Assembly (NCBI RefSeq): GCF_964204645.1
Contig: NC_134035.1
Coordinates: 13,052,451-13,116,450 of the forward strand
DNA length: 64,000 nucleotides
Origin: Tubulanus polymorphus
Taxonomy: Eukaryota > Animalia > Nemertea
Direction: 5' to 3'
How positions within the stretch are numbered: position 1 is the first letter of the stretch; every line of letters starts with the position of its first letter. Positions 50,936 to 62,712 of this stretch are shown here, in pieces. A model generated the notes under the pieces. The model was not told the DNA's origin. It ran no database searches and saw only the letters and a list, made by a program, of their open reading frames with translations. The position numbers and the translations under genes are program-made.

Positions 50936-53900
50936 ATGGCTGCAGATAAGAAATTGCCGCCGGTGAAAGTAAAAGGGAAGTCTCCGACTGATGGAGCGGA
51001 GAGTACGGCATGCGGAGTCTTCCTTAAATACGCTATGATCGTCTCGAACATCTTTATCTTGGTAAGATTTCGCTCGGTCGCTTATAGATTTTTATCTCTC
51101 CACCAGGGCCCGAGTGTCTGTGTTTTGGATTAACTAATAATTTCTGTTGTAGCTTAAGTATTCTTAAAAATGACTGGATACAGTTGAAACGTTGCAAATA
51201 AACTACTAGCTGAAGGAATACAGTATTCCTGAAGATGACTATTAGGATATAGTCGAAACGTTGAATAAACTACACTAGCTCAAGGAATACAGTATTCCTG
51301 AAGATGACTATTAGGATAAAGTCGAAACGTTGAAAATAAACTACACTAGCTCAAGGAAATATTCCAGACATGTTCACGATTGTTAAAACACATAGCCTAT
51401 TCGTGTTGAAGCGATGTAGAGAGAATCCCACAATGATAACAAAAAAACAGTCTGAAGCTAGTGTAGTTTATTCAACGTCTCGACTTTATCCTAATAGTCA
51501 TCTTCAGGAATACTGTATTCCTTGAACTAGTGTAGTTTATTCAACATTTCGACTATATCCTGATAGTCATCTTCAGGAATACTGTATTCCTTGAGCTAGT
51601 GTAGTTTATTCGATGTTTCGACTATATCCTAATAGTCATCTTCAGGAATACTGTATTCCTTTAGCTAGTGTAGTTTATTCAACGTTTCGACTATATCCTA
51701 ATAGTCATCATTATGCATTTATTCCTGAAGATGACTATTAGGATATAGTCGAAACGTTGAATAAACTACACTAGCTCAAGGAATACAGTATTCCTGAAGA
51801 TGACTATTAGGATAAAGTCGAAACGTCGAATAAACTACACTAGCTCAAGGAATACAGTATTCCTGAAGATGACTATTAGGATATAGTCGAAACGTTGAAT
51901 AAACTACACTAACTCAAGGAATACAGTATTCCTGAAGATGACTATTAGGATATAGTCGAAACGTTGAATAAACTACACTAGCTTCAGTTACATTTTCGGA
52001 CTTTTCATTATTATTGTGGGATTCTCTCTACTTCAGACATGTTTTTTCTGTATTGTGGGATTTTGCTGTATTAGTTGATAGAGTTTATATTTGTTTGTAT
52101 TGATAGTTAGTCGGTCTGGCGAGTGTCGCTGTTGGAATCTGGATCGCCGTCGATAGAAACTTTCTATCGAACGTATTGAGCACGGAACTCGTACAGTACG
52201 TATCGGCGTCTTACATCCTCATCATCGCCGGGTTCATCGTCTCGATCGTCGCTCTTATCGGATGCTGCGGCTCCAGACGCGAAAATAGATGTTTACTGTT
52301 GACCGTAAGTAAAATCACAGTCACCCGTGATTTGAATACCTGATTACAAAAATTTAGGTCATCGTCAATTAATATGATGTTGAAATATCCACCACCATCA
52401 ATAATCCACTAACGAGACATCAGCTCCTACAGTGAGTGGATAATTGAGATTTGAACTAATGTTCAGTAAAGGGAACTGTGGAACTGTGTCCTGTTATCCA
52501 CCAGCCTCAATTATCCACCGACGAGACATCAGTACCTGTAGGGGTGGATAATCCAGATTTAACTTCTGCCCTTGTTCTCATTGAGAAGATGGACATCTCC
52601 AAGAGATAGATCATTAGTCTGGACTTGAAGTTGGCTTCATGTTAAAGTTTCTTGGTATTAAATCATGAATCTGTGTCTGAATTGTTAACTATTAAATTGA
52701 GATTTGAAGTATTTACCAACTGGTGTAGTTCCTGGAACCCTAGGTTTTGAAATTTCTGTTTTAATCTTTATTTTCAGTATTTCATTATTCTGACTTTGAT
52801 GTTTATCATTCTGCTCTGTGCTGCTATTCTTGCTATCGTATTCAGAGCGCAGGTAAAAACATTAATTAATTCTGTGTTTTATTCAACTGATAGAATTGTC
52901 AAACCATTCAGAAATGTTTATGTTATGTTTTCAGGTCGGCACCAGTTTGAAATCATTGATGGGAACGACATTGAAGCGATATTATGGGAAATTAAGAATT
53001 GTAACCGATGGCTGGGACGCAACTCAATCACGGGTAAATTGATGAAATCTATTATTCTTCCATTTTTCAAATGTCTCCAGTGAAGCAATGAACACATGTG
53101 AAGTTTGGATGTCTCTAAGGGGTGCAGGGTCTCGTCTGCTGATATTGAGGGACGAAGCTTTTATGAAGAATATTTGTTTATTTTGTAGCTCGATTGTTGC
53201 GCAATAGAAGAACAAGATTGGGGAATTTACAACCAATCAGAATGGATCAAAGATATCAATGGCGCCATCACGTGTAAGCATTAATTACTAAAAAATACGT
53301 TTTATATTGGATGTTATTTTCGTCGTATTATATTTTCGTTTTTGTGGTTGTTATTTTTGAAGATAAAACTCCCGGATATCGTTACGTTCCCGCGACGTGT
53401 TGTCAGAAGGATAGCTCCGGTAATTACAGAAATCTGGAAGCTTGTCAGACGTCGCAGCTGATGCCTCCCGGGACGATGGTCGGAAGCCAAAACGATGACT
53501 TACACTACAGGGTAAGAATTCGTGTTAACCCTCTACCAACAGTTGCATAAGCGGTTTGGCCTTATGAGTTTAAACTACAGTTAACCAAACCAAATTCAGG
53601 CGGAATATTTGAGTGAATATTTGAGTGAAAGTGAATATTTGAGAAGGCAAGACTTAATGTAATTCATTTCCGATGGTTCAACCATAAGGAGTCAAATTTC
53701 AATCCAGAAAATGAGGAGTTTTAGGCTGTTCATAAAGAACATGTTTCCTATTTTCCAACCCTTACTTGCTTGTAAATGTACAATGAGTGAAGTAGCTACT
53801 TAACCCTTGTACCCTTTATGATTTATTAATCATGGGATTCTGTGCTCACGGATTGATCGAGTTATTCAGAGGGATTTGTTTTGTTTATTTCAGGGTTGTT

Positions 53901-54344
53901 ACAGCGCTGGTAAAGAATTCCTGATCGAACATTCGTCTATTTTGCTCGGACTTGGTATTGCTCTATCTTTATTACTGGTACGTGCTTTCTCAATTCTTTA
54001 GACAGTTACAATTATATCAATACACAGAACAGCTGCTATTTTATAACTAGAATTACAGATTTAATTTGTTTTGTGTGTACAGAAATATGAAAGATGTTAC
54101 TGAGGGTCTTACTGTATAACTGTTGATTTCTGATTACTTTGAACATTTTCTGTCATATTTCAATGAAATTACCGGTACTGAAAAAGATTCAAGTTGTTAC
54201 TGATAGCAGCACTTTTTAGGGGTTGGCAGCCCTGAATACATGTATCACGTTTCCTCAATGATTCAATGATATTTCCTCTATTTTCAGTTGTGTGGAATGA
54301 TATTTTCGATTCTGTTGTTTTTACGAATTCCAAAGAATGCCTGA
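50936..54344 (+). CDS. Tetraspanin family protein (290 aa, 8 coding exons)
   Basis: Exons 50936-51061, 52107-52304, 52778-52852, 52935-53033, 53189-53273, 53363-53511, 53894-53977, 54288-54344 (873 nt). Motifs LKY..I.N, GIW, IGCCGS.REN.CLL, WD..Q.RLDCCA, VPATCC and GCY; four hydrophobic helices. The ATG directly follows an AG acceptor. Confidence 0.93.
51158..51985. ncRNA. Tandem array of minimal hammerhead ribozyme motifs (69-bp unit; 6 sense, 4 antisense, 1 degenerate)
   Basis: Unit TATTC CTGAAGA T GACTAT-taggat-ATAGTC GAAAC GTT GAATA. Plus-strand copies start at 51224, 51293, 51720, 51789, 51858 and 51927; minus-strand copies lie within ~51469-51710. Confidence 0.8.
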
Positions 54345-54848
54345 ATTTGAATCTACACGAGGATCGATGTTGCAAGAAGATTCAACTTACGATCAAACCT
54401 GCTTAAACCAGATCAGTTTTAGAAAATGTTGTTTATCAGTCGCTCAGTTGGCAAAACTTGAAAGAAGCCAAAAAAAATAAAAAGTTCAATCAGAGTTGGA
54501 AATTTCTGAATTCCAAATGAAACCATCCGGTCTCGATTGAGCAGGTTTGAAAATGATATATATTGTAAATATTGAAAATAATATACATATCATATTTATA
54601 TCGATATTTATCCTGCCTGAAATTACAGAACTGACAAACTCGGTTTCATTAGTGTCAAGTCTGATCCTTATTTATGTTTCTAATTCAATTCACTGAACGC
54701 AAGTTTGTGTTTTAACTATGAAAGCTTCAGTGAGTTTCACCTTTAAAATTGATAACATTCCATCCTGGCATTCAGATACTCAAATGTGATTTTGTTATAG
54801 TTAAACTGAAGTGATCCATAACAGGGGAATACACCTGCAATTGGGAAG

Positions 54849-54962
54849 CAGGACCCAGTTCCACAGTTGTGAGTTAGAGTTAACTCTCAGTTAACGTTAG
54901 TTCAATTTCGATGAGTTAACTCAGAGTCAAATCTTAACTCAGAACTGTGGAACTGGACCCTG
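54849..54962. mobile_element. MITE family A
   Basis: caggacccagttccacagttgtgagttagagttaactc ... gagtcaaatcttaactcagaactgtggaactggaccctg. Confidence 0.85.
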
Positions 54963-56359
54963 CAGGATTGATTGTTTTCTGCCGGCATTAGCTTTAGCTT
55001 GGTTTTCCCCTCTCTGGCTGTTTGCAGTAGTTATTGTATTGATAGGCTATATCTATATTTCAAATACGTTACGTGAAACTGGGTTTGTATTTTATACCTA
55101 AATCTGTCCATTACTGAAATCGTAGAACATTCCAATCGTAAAAATAATTCTGTCCAAATTATATTCGTCTATGATTGAATAGTCGTCCATTTTATTATCA
55201 ATAATTATGAAAATGATAGTATTTTTTGCACTGTGCATATTTTATATGAATTATGTAATATTCTAATGAAGTTTGAAAATCAGTCAGTAATAGAATAAAC
55301 TGTATAAAATATAAATTGTAAATCTTTTATAAACCGCTTCATTTATTTAATAAAATAATTTTTCATAAAAAAACATCAACTTTTTGTGATCGCTTTCTTT
55401 GAGTGAATGTGCAGCTATCCTGCAGCCATCCTGCAGACATTCAGACATTCTGCTGTTTTTGCTTCCTTCAGATATTTGACACTTAGTCACCTAAATCTTA
55501 ATGCCATTTACATTTATAATATTTGTTTATCCAGGGGCAAATGGATCGTAGATGAAATCGGCACTATGTATATCTGAAAAGGAGAGTGCTGGTTGATGTA
55601 AACTAGAGGGTCAGGGGTCCAGTCATAGAAAATACTCAAAATTCCGGACTTGGCTAATTTATGGATTATTGAGATGAAACGGCTTCGAAGGTTATTGAGA
55701 AGTGCTGTATTTTTTCAAGGGTACTGAAAATCTAGACTGTTATCAGACTCATACACTTCTGTGTAGATCTGTCAATGGACATACGTTGAATCTTGGAGTA
55801 ATTAACGGCAAGGATCTTTTAAAAAATATCTGAATCTGCAGCCTGGATCCTGCATCAGTCGCACAGTGAAAATCAAGCGCCATTCTTCCATTTTTTTTCC
55901 GAGATATGAAGTAAATCATCAATTGATTCAGAGTTTCTCTCAAACAGTAAAACAATAAACGAAGACAGAGTTGAATATTTTGTATTTTAAACTTTATTAT
56001 GACCAGAATATACAGCAATTATATAATAAAAAATAAAGACTTATATTGATACATTACCGAGTGTAGTCTGAATACCAGTCTTTGTTAAGGGTTCCCTACA
56101 ACGGGTTCCCTACTGTTTGAGGAACAACGGCTAGGTACTAGACTATACAGAGTGTGGTCGATGTGTCTTCAAATAATCATTCAACAATAAATAAATAGAA
56201 CGTTTTTCTATAAACAATTTTTACAACATCTTTAAAGTTCACATGAAACATTCAACCTTTGCCGCCACCAGCAAAAATAGCAACTTTAGATTTTTAAAAG
56301 TAAACCTTGAAGCCTCATTGACTCATTAATAACTTGTGTCATTTTCTTTTTTTCATTCA

Positions 56360-56578
56360 TTAACCCTTTCACAGCCTGACTAATCGTTTATCCCAAAGTG
56401 CCGGAGACAATTTGAAAACTTTCTGAAAAGATTCCATACCAATGAGTTGCATATACAGGCATTCCACAGGTACTGCCATCTTTCAGTAAAGATGATAACT
56501 AATTACTTATTACATCAATACACCGTGATACGGTGTACAAGTAAAGTTCCAATTTATACACCGCACTGAAAGGGTATG
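56360..56578. mobile_element. piggyBac-like MITE remnant
   Basis: TTAA|CCCTTTCA ... TGAAAGGG|TATG (right TTAA degraded). Confidence 0.5.
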
Positions 56579-56646
56579 AAACTGGGACTAATCTTTTTAC
56601 AAGTTCAAGTAATTTAGACCAAGGTTTACTATATTCAGTTCATAGT

Positions 56647-58038
56647 TTATGTATTATACAATGGAACCTGGTTGACGAGTTGAAGATTCTGCGCTGTCTC
56701 GGTCGCCGCGACCGGTTGCATCTCGACCGTCTCCGGCGGCGACTGATTGTTTTTAACGAGCGCCGAAAATCGTAACAAACACAACATCGCGACGGCGAGC
56801 AGAAACGCGCACGTTACGAATATAATCCGATTCCCGCTTTTAAACTCGTGATCGTGAATAATCATCAGTACGCAACACGCGATCAGATTCAAGGGCACGC
56901 GGAACCAACTGACGACCGATATCGTGTGCTGTTCGGGTATGATCTTCATCCGTACGAACCCCATCGCCGGAAAATAGATACCGACGCCGATCTCCATGAG
57001 CAGGAACGCGAGGAACGACACGGAACGTTTCGGATCGGCCGGGTGAGTCGAGAATACGCAGATTATAACCGATATCGACGAGAGTAAGACCGCGCCGGCG
57101 AGCAGGCTAACGACCGGGACTCGTTTAGACGCTAAAACGTGGAATACGGCCGATCCGATCATAATACACACCATAAAACACGCGAATACAACGCCGTACG
57201 GAGGGTCGGACTTGGATAGGACCGGCGTCCACAGGAATACAAATATATACATGACACTTTCGAACAGCGATTGAATCACTCCGATTAGGAAGATTCTTTG
57301 ATCCGATAGAATACACTTCAAACCGTCTGTCATCGAACGTTTAAAATGTGCGTTGCGTTTACCGTAGTTTTCGTCCCATTTCGCCATGACGACGATACCG
57401 GATATCAGTAAACACGGGACGGCGAGTATAAACGGAGCGACCGGACCGGCGTGGAGCCATTCGGCGATGACGTTCGCGACGACGCCCGCGATTATCGCGA
57501 GGACGCCGTTCCAAACGGTCGCCTTAGCGAACGTCACCGGAATCCACTCTTTAGGGAAATCGTTCGATTCCAAGTGTTCGTGAACGTACCACGCTTCGAA
57601 CGCGTAAAACAACAACGAGGTCGAAACGCCGGAGAGAACGCGTGCGATTATCAAAACTCCGTAACTACGCGATAATTTCATGAAACACGCCACCGAGTAG
57701 ATCACCGTGAAGAATACGCACAGTTTACGTCGACCGAATCGATCGGCGGCGATCGGCGCCCACGTTCCGAGCAGAACCGTCGATGCGAAACCGCACGAGT
57801 AAATAACGGCGATCTGAAACTCATCGAACTCGTAATGAGAGTACAGTCGATACAGGTACGGTCCCTGCAGCCAATCAGCGAGCAGCGCCGGGAAATACGC
57901 CGCGAAATACACGTATTGGAATTTCAGAAATATCGGGTTATTACCGACGGCCGGGTGAACCCGCGATCGAATAGACAACAGCTGCAGTCCAATACATATT
58001 AATCCTAGGATAAATAAGGCCACGTATGAGATGATCAT
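56647..58038 (-). CDS. MFSD5: Molybdate-anion transporter (MFS domain-containing protein 5), 463 aa, uninterrupted ORF
   Basis: Motifs ALLADWLQGPYLYRLY, ADRFGRRKLC, STSLLF.AFEAWYVHEH, QSLFES.MYIFVFLWTPVL, GIYFPAMG and WFRVPLN. Confidence 0.95.
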   Translation of the reverse strand: MIISYVALFILGLICIGLQLLSIRSRVHPAVGNNPIFLKFQYVYFAAYFPALLADWLQGPYLYRLYSHYEFDEFQIAVIYSCGFASTVLLGTWAPIAADRFGRRKLCVFFTVIYSVACFMKLSRSYGVLIIARVLSGVSTSLLFYAFEAWYVHEHLESNDFPKEWIPVTFAKATVWNGVLAIIAGVVANVIAEWLHAGPVAPFILAVPCLLISGIVVMAKWDENYGKRNAHFKRSMTDGLKCILSDQRIFLIGVIQSLFESVMYIFVFLWTPVLSKSDPPYGVVFACFMVCIMIGSAVFHVLASKRVPVVSLLAGAVLLSSISVIICVFSTHPADPKRSVSFLAFLLMEIGVGIYFPAMGFVRMKIIPEQHTISVVSWFRVPLNLIACCVLMIIHDHEFKSGNRIIFVTCAFLLAVAMLCLLRFSALVKNNQSPPETVEMQPVAATETAQNLQLVNQVPLYNT

Positions 58039-58474
58039 TTTGATGCTTGCTGCACGGACACCGACGAATGTCAGTCCCGACTTTTCTTAATTAAATGCTG
58101 TTTTTCCCCAATCTTTCTTGCCGGTTGGTCCGGTGGTTAATAGTTAGTAGTAACCTCCTTTTTCTCCTCCTTCTTCTTATCTAAAGTCCTCGTTTTCTTC
58201 CTTTAACACGTCACAATTCGTAATTTACGTCTGAAAAAGGAAGCAGTTGAATTTGGACCGGTCAAAAAGTGTTTGCGACAAATCATCGAAAATTCGATTG
58301 GGAAACCCCTTTCGCTGACAGCGATGACGTAGCGGGAATTCCCGTAGCGTGGATCTGTGGACGCCGCTGACGGACACATAACCCTAACCCTAATCCGAAA
58401 CCCTAACCCTAATTCCGGAACCTCAATCGTGTTTTCTTTATTCCGAACCCGCATATTAGGCACGACCAAACAAA

Positions 58475-60866
58475 ATGGCGGCTGTCACTTTTAGAAAATA
58501 TGCGATGAATTTATTTGTATTTTGGGTGTTTTTGGTGCTGTTTAATGTCGCCGGATCAACTTCAAACATCGACGAGGTCAGAAACATGTTTGATTATCGT
58601 AATTAAATGAAAATAATCCGCAGAATTGAAACAATCGTCGTGAAAAACTGCGCCGAAACAGTGACGCGTCGATCTACACCTCGCGTGCCGGAGGACGACG
58701 TGATCAATTCAATTCAGTTTTATTGATCATAATTTGCCGAAACCTAATACTTCATATTGAAAACTGATGTTTATTGACTATGGGCGCGTGATATCTTAAT
58801 TCAATTAAATTGTTTACATCTTTTTACCCTTATTTTGAAGTTTATCTTGAGGATAGTCTGAATACCAGCCGTTAAGTAAGGGTTGAAGATTTCTATCCAG
58901 GAACTTATTCTCTCCTACTTATTGAATTATTTAGATTAAAAACTTCCGATTGCTCAAATATCACTGAAATGAGGCTTGCTAATTAGAAAGCTTTGCCAGG
59001 GCCTGAGACCTCACTCGCCGGCGGGTGATTCAGTGTGTAATTCATGGTTGTATTTGTAATATTTGATACAGGGTGAAGAAGAGTTTGAGAATTTATTCAC
59101 GTTACCGTTAGAACACAGTCTCGGTACCGACGGACCGTGGATTAAACATGGATTCATCACTATTCGGTCTATGACTAATAATTTAGCTCAATTCACGCAA
59201 ATCGCACCCTTTACAGTTATGGAAAAGGATAAATTGAAGGTAATGTTTAAGAATTATTTTTAGACACACAAAGCTGCCAACTGTCCCCGATTGTCAGGAA
59301 CAGACCCTGAAAAAGCCTTACTATCCCTAACAATTAGGGATAGTCCCTGAAAATGTCTTACTATCCCTGACAATCATGGAAAGTCCCTGAAATGGAATTC
59401 CTGTGTGATTAAAATTTGTGCTTTGAATATTTTTTTTCAGAAATTATCTCGTGATGATGGTGTATATAGGATACGTGTACCGGTTAAATACACTAATTCT
59501 GAACCGATGCAATACGTGTCATCATTCATTAAAGCCGTACGTATTTTACTAGAGTCAGTCTCGTGAGTTAAACAGTTATCTCCTTTGAGCCAAACAGATA
59601 TCTCTGAATTAGATGAATATCTCTGAGTTAAACAGTTATCTCTTGAGTCAAACAGATATCTCTGAATTAGATGAATATCTCTGAGTTAAACAGTTATCTC
59701 TTGAGTCAAACAGATATCTCTTGATTCAAACAGATATCTCTTGAGTTAAACAGATATCTCTTGATTCAAACAGATATCTCTTGAGTTAAACAGATATCTT
59801 TTGAGTTAAACAGATATCTCTTGAGTTAAACAGTTATCTCTTAAGTCAAATAGTCATCTCTTGATTCAACAGTTATTTTTAAATTGATCGGATCTATCTT
59901 GAGCCTAATCAACCATAAAATGATTTCTTAGTTGCTTTATTTATAAATTTCAGTGCTCGTTGTACGAATCTCATTTATCTGACGAAGTCACGTTGACCGT
60001 CGACATGTCGGGCAATGTTAACGGCGTATCCATGGTTACGAATCCGTCCGTCTGCACGGGAGTCGACGATGTTGAATATTCGAGTTTAAACGATTTTAAC
60101 AGAACAATCGAAATCAGACAAACCGTTCAGGGACCCGTGTAAGTTAATTTAACCGTGACCCGATGACATAATTCTTGGTTCAGTTGGTTCATTTTCAATG
60201 TTTGAAGAGTCCTCGTATTTTAACGATCCAAGACCCAATTTTACAGTCATCTCTTCAGTTTCGCTCTTAAGATTATGATCTTCGCTTTTACATATTTGAC
60301 TTGTGTTAATCGATTGAATTCCTAGCAAATCAAGTCCAGGAAAACAATGTGGATGTCGGGGAAAAAGCGAGTCTGATAAAAGTAGCTGCCCTCGAAAGTC
60401 ATTGATCGTGATGAAAAGTTCTGATTATTTGTGTATTTTTTATTACAGACCGGACACGCAGAGCTACGTTCAGAAGATGGAACAAGAAAAAGCTGAAAAA
60501 GCCAAAGGGCAACAAGCGGATAACAGATCATTCTTAGCTAAATATGTAAGTGTTATTCATTCAGGTTCGGTATCACATAAATGTTTTACTCTAAAATCGA
60601 TTTATGAGGTTCACTTGAGTAGATTAATATGTTGAATCTGTTCATTTGACTTAAGAAATATTTTACAATTTCTTACTTTTACTAATTTGACCCCAAAGAC
60701 AAAGTTAAAAATTAACTCAGAACGTTATATTCATTTTTCATAAGCAATAATATAATATATTCACTGACAATATTAAAATGTTATTCTATTACAGTGGATG
60801 TATATAGTTCCAGTAGCGTTATTGTTGATGGTTGCATCGGCTTCAGATCCGGGACAGGGCAGATAA
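58475..60866 (+). CDS. EMC10: ER membrane protein complex subunit 10 (239 aa, 6 exons)
   Basis: Exons 58475-58576, 59072-59239, 59441-59536, 59954-60138, 60449-60545, 60795-60866 (720 nt). Signal peptide plus LEHS, YRIRVP, VSSFIKACSLYESHLSD, GP.PDT..YVQKME.EK and SFLAKYWMYIVP. Confidence 0.94.
59563..59878. repeat. 20-bp minisatellite (EMC10 intron 3)
   Basis: aaacagatatctcttgagtt, about 15 copies. Confidence 0.85.
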
Positions 60867-60912
60867 TCAACCAACAACATTCTCCACTATTCTCATCTTG
60901 TAATTCCTTGTC

Positions 60913-61138
60913 ATACATACCCGAGATGGTTGTCGCTTTCTCCTGATGGTCAGCACATGCCCGAGACAATTGTCACTTTCCCCCATTGGTCAGCACATGC
61001 CCGAGACAATTTTCACTTTCCCCTGATGGTCAGCACATGCCCGAGACAATTGTCACTTTCCCCTGATGGTCGGCACATGCCTGAGACAATTGTCACTTTC
61101 CCCTGATGGTCAGCACATGCCTGAAATGGTTGTCACTT
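60913..61138. repeat. 40-bp tandem repeat in the presumed EMC10 3' UTR
   Basis: ccgagacaattgtcactttcccctgatggtcagcacatgc at 60961, 61001, 61041 and 61081. Confidence 0.9.
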
Positions 61139-62015
61139 ACTTTTAGATGTTCCGTTTGTTCAAATTTTCAACTGGAGGGACCCCATTTGCATTCCGAGGA
61201 AGTGCCTTCTTTTCTATTCTTTAACTTATGGATCTCTCTTTAATTTGAGAGCTTCTTCTGGAATGACCCCTTCTTAATTAGCCGCGTACTTTAACTCCTA
61301 AAGCAGTGTAGGATAGGCCTACAGTTTAATAAAATCGTGTTAGTGAGTTTTAAACGTTTATTGATAAAGTCCGCAGCGTTTAATCCAATTTTCACTCGAT
61401 GTAAATTTGATCGTTGTAAATGTGTTTTTTTAATGAAAGAATTTTGGAAAAATAAAATATTTCTAGTCACAGAAACTTTTTTGATTTCGATTCTGTTCTA
61501 TTCAATCAACCAATGCACGCTTAAAGTATAACGCTTAAAATATAAGTGAATCGCGCCTTTGATAGACATTGCAACTGCACATCATTTCATATTTGCCAAA
61601 CCATCGACAGACTGTGACCCTAGCGTAGTTCTTCATCTCTAAATAATGTGACATAAGACAGTAAGACTACGTCAACCTTGCAACATAAAGCAAAGACAGA
61701 TTTTTTAACATCAATATTTGTGTATATTTTCGGAAAACATTTGTACACGATTCAATGATTACTAACTATTGTACATGCATGTAATTACATGAGACTGGTC
61801 CAATACTGTAGACTCCACTCGGCTCTAGATAGAAATAGCTCACCAGTAGACCTGTCTTCCTTAAACTGTCAACCGCTCTCCAAGTTAATGAGTATTAGTA
61901 CATGTTAATGAGTATTTATATGAATGTATTTGAAAAGAAATTAAATTCCTCAATTTTTTAACTCAAGATGCGGTCAATTCAGCAAGATATTCATAACACA
62001 GACCTAAGTCTACTG

Positions 62016-62126
62016 GACCCAGTTCCACAGTTGTGAGTTAGAGTTAACTCTGAGTTAAAGTTAGTTCATTTTCAATGTTTTAACCCAGGGTCAAATCTTA
62101 ACTCAGAACTATGGAACTGGACCCTG
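62016..62126. mobile_element. MITE family A (a further diverged copy at ~62919-63026)
   Basis: Near-identical to 54849-54962. Confidence 0.85.
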
Positions 62127-62712
62127 TAAGTCTGCATACCAGACAATCTTAAGGGTAACAGATCGGAGGACAACAGCTAACACATCGTTTGGTTTGCAAG
62201 GAGATTATTAAGTCATAACCTCAAATTGGATACATTCGTACGTATGACCCTATATCAGATTTGAGCAGAGCCTTCTGTATTGAACAGGATTCTTACAGAT
62301 CAGGGAATCATCCAAAATATTTTGATGCATATATTTCCCTTATTCTTCTGAAATTTCCTGATTACATTATATAAGGGATTACAAGATATCCTCAGTGGGA
62401 GCGGTTTCTCCTTGTGGCCTTATCTTCAGCAAGAACGACAAGACGACAAAAATTAAAATTCCCTGATTGAATTACATTGACTGACTTTTTCCTTATCTGT
62501 AAAAACCCTATAACCGGTAGATATTTTATCCATTGAGTTATAGAACTCAATTTGGGAAAGAAACAAAAATGATTAATGAACCAAGTTTTTGATTCCAGTC
62601 GCAGGAAGACTGAATAAATACCGAATCGACGTAAATAATTTGTGCAGTTAACTGCGACGACGAACACAACACCAAATGGTATTAAATCCTGTTTATTGCT
62701 GTTTTCTCCGGT

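Noticed and set aside
56848-57675. Short plus-strand ORFs inside MFSD5
   Set aside because: They are shadow ORFs of a GC-rich coding sequence.
58379-58412. Telomere or chromosome-end signal
   Set aside because: Only about four CCCTAA units, lying between two housekeeping genes.
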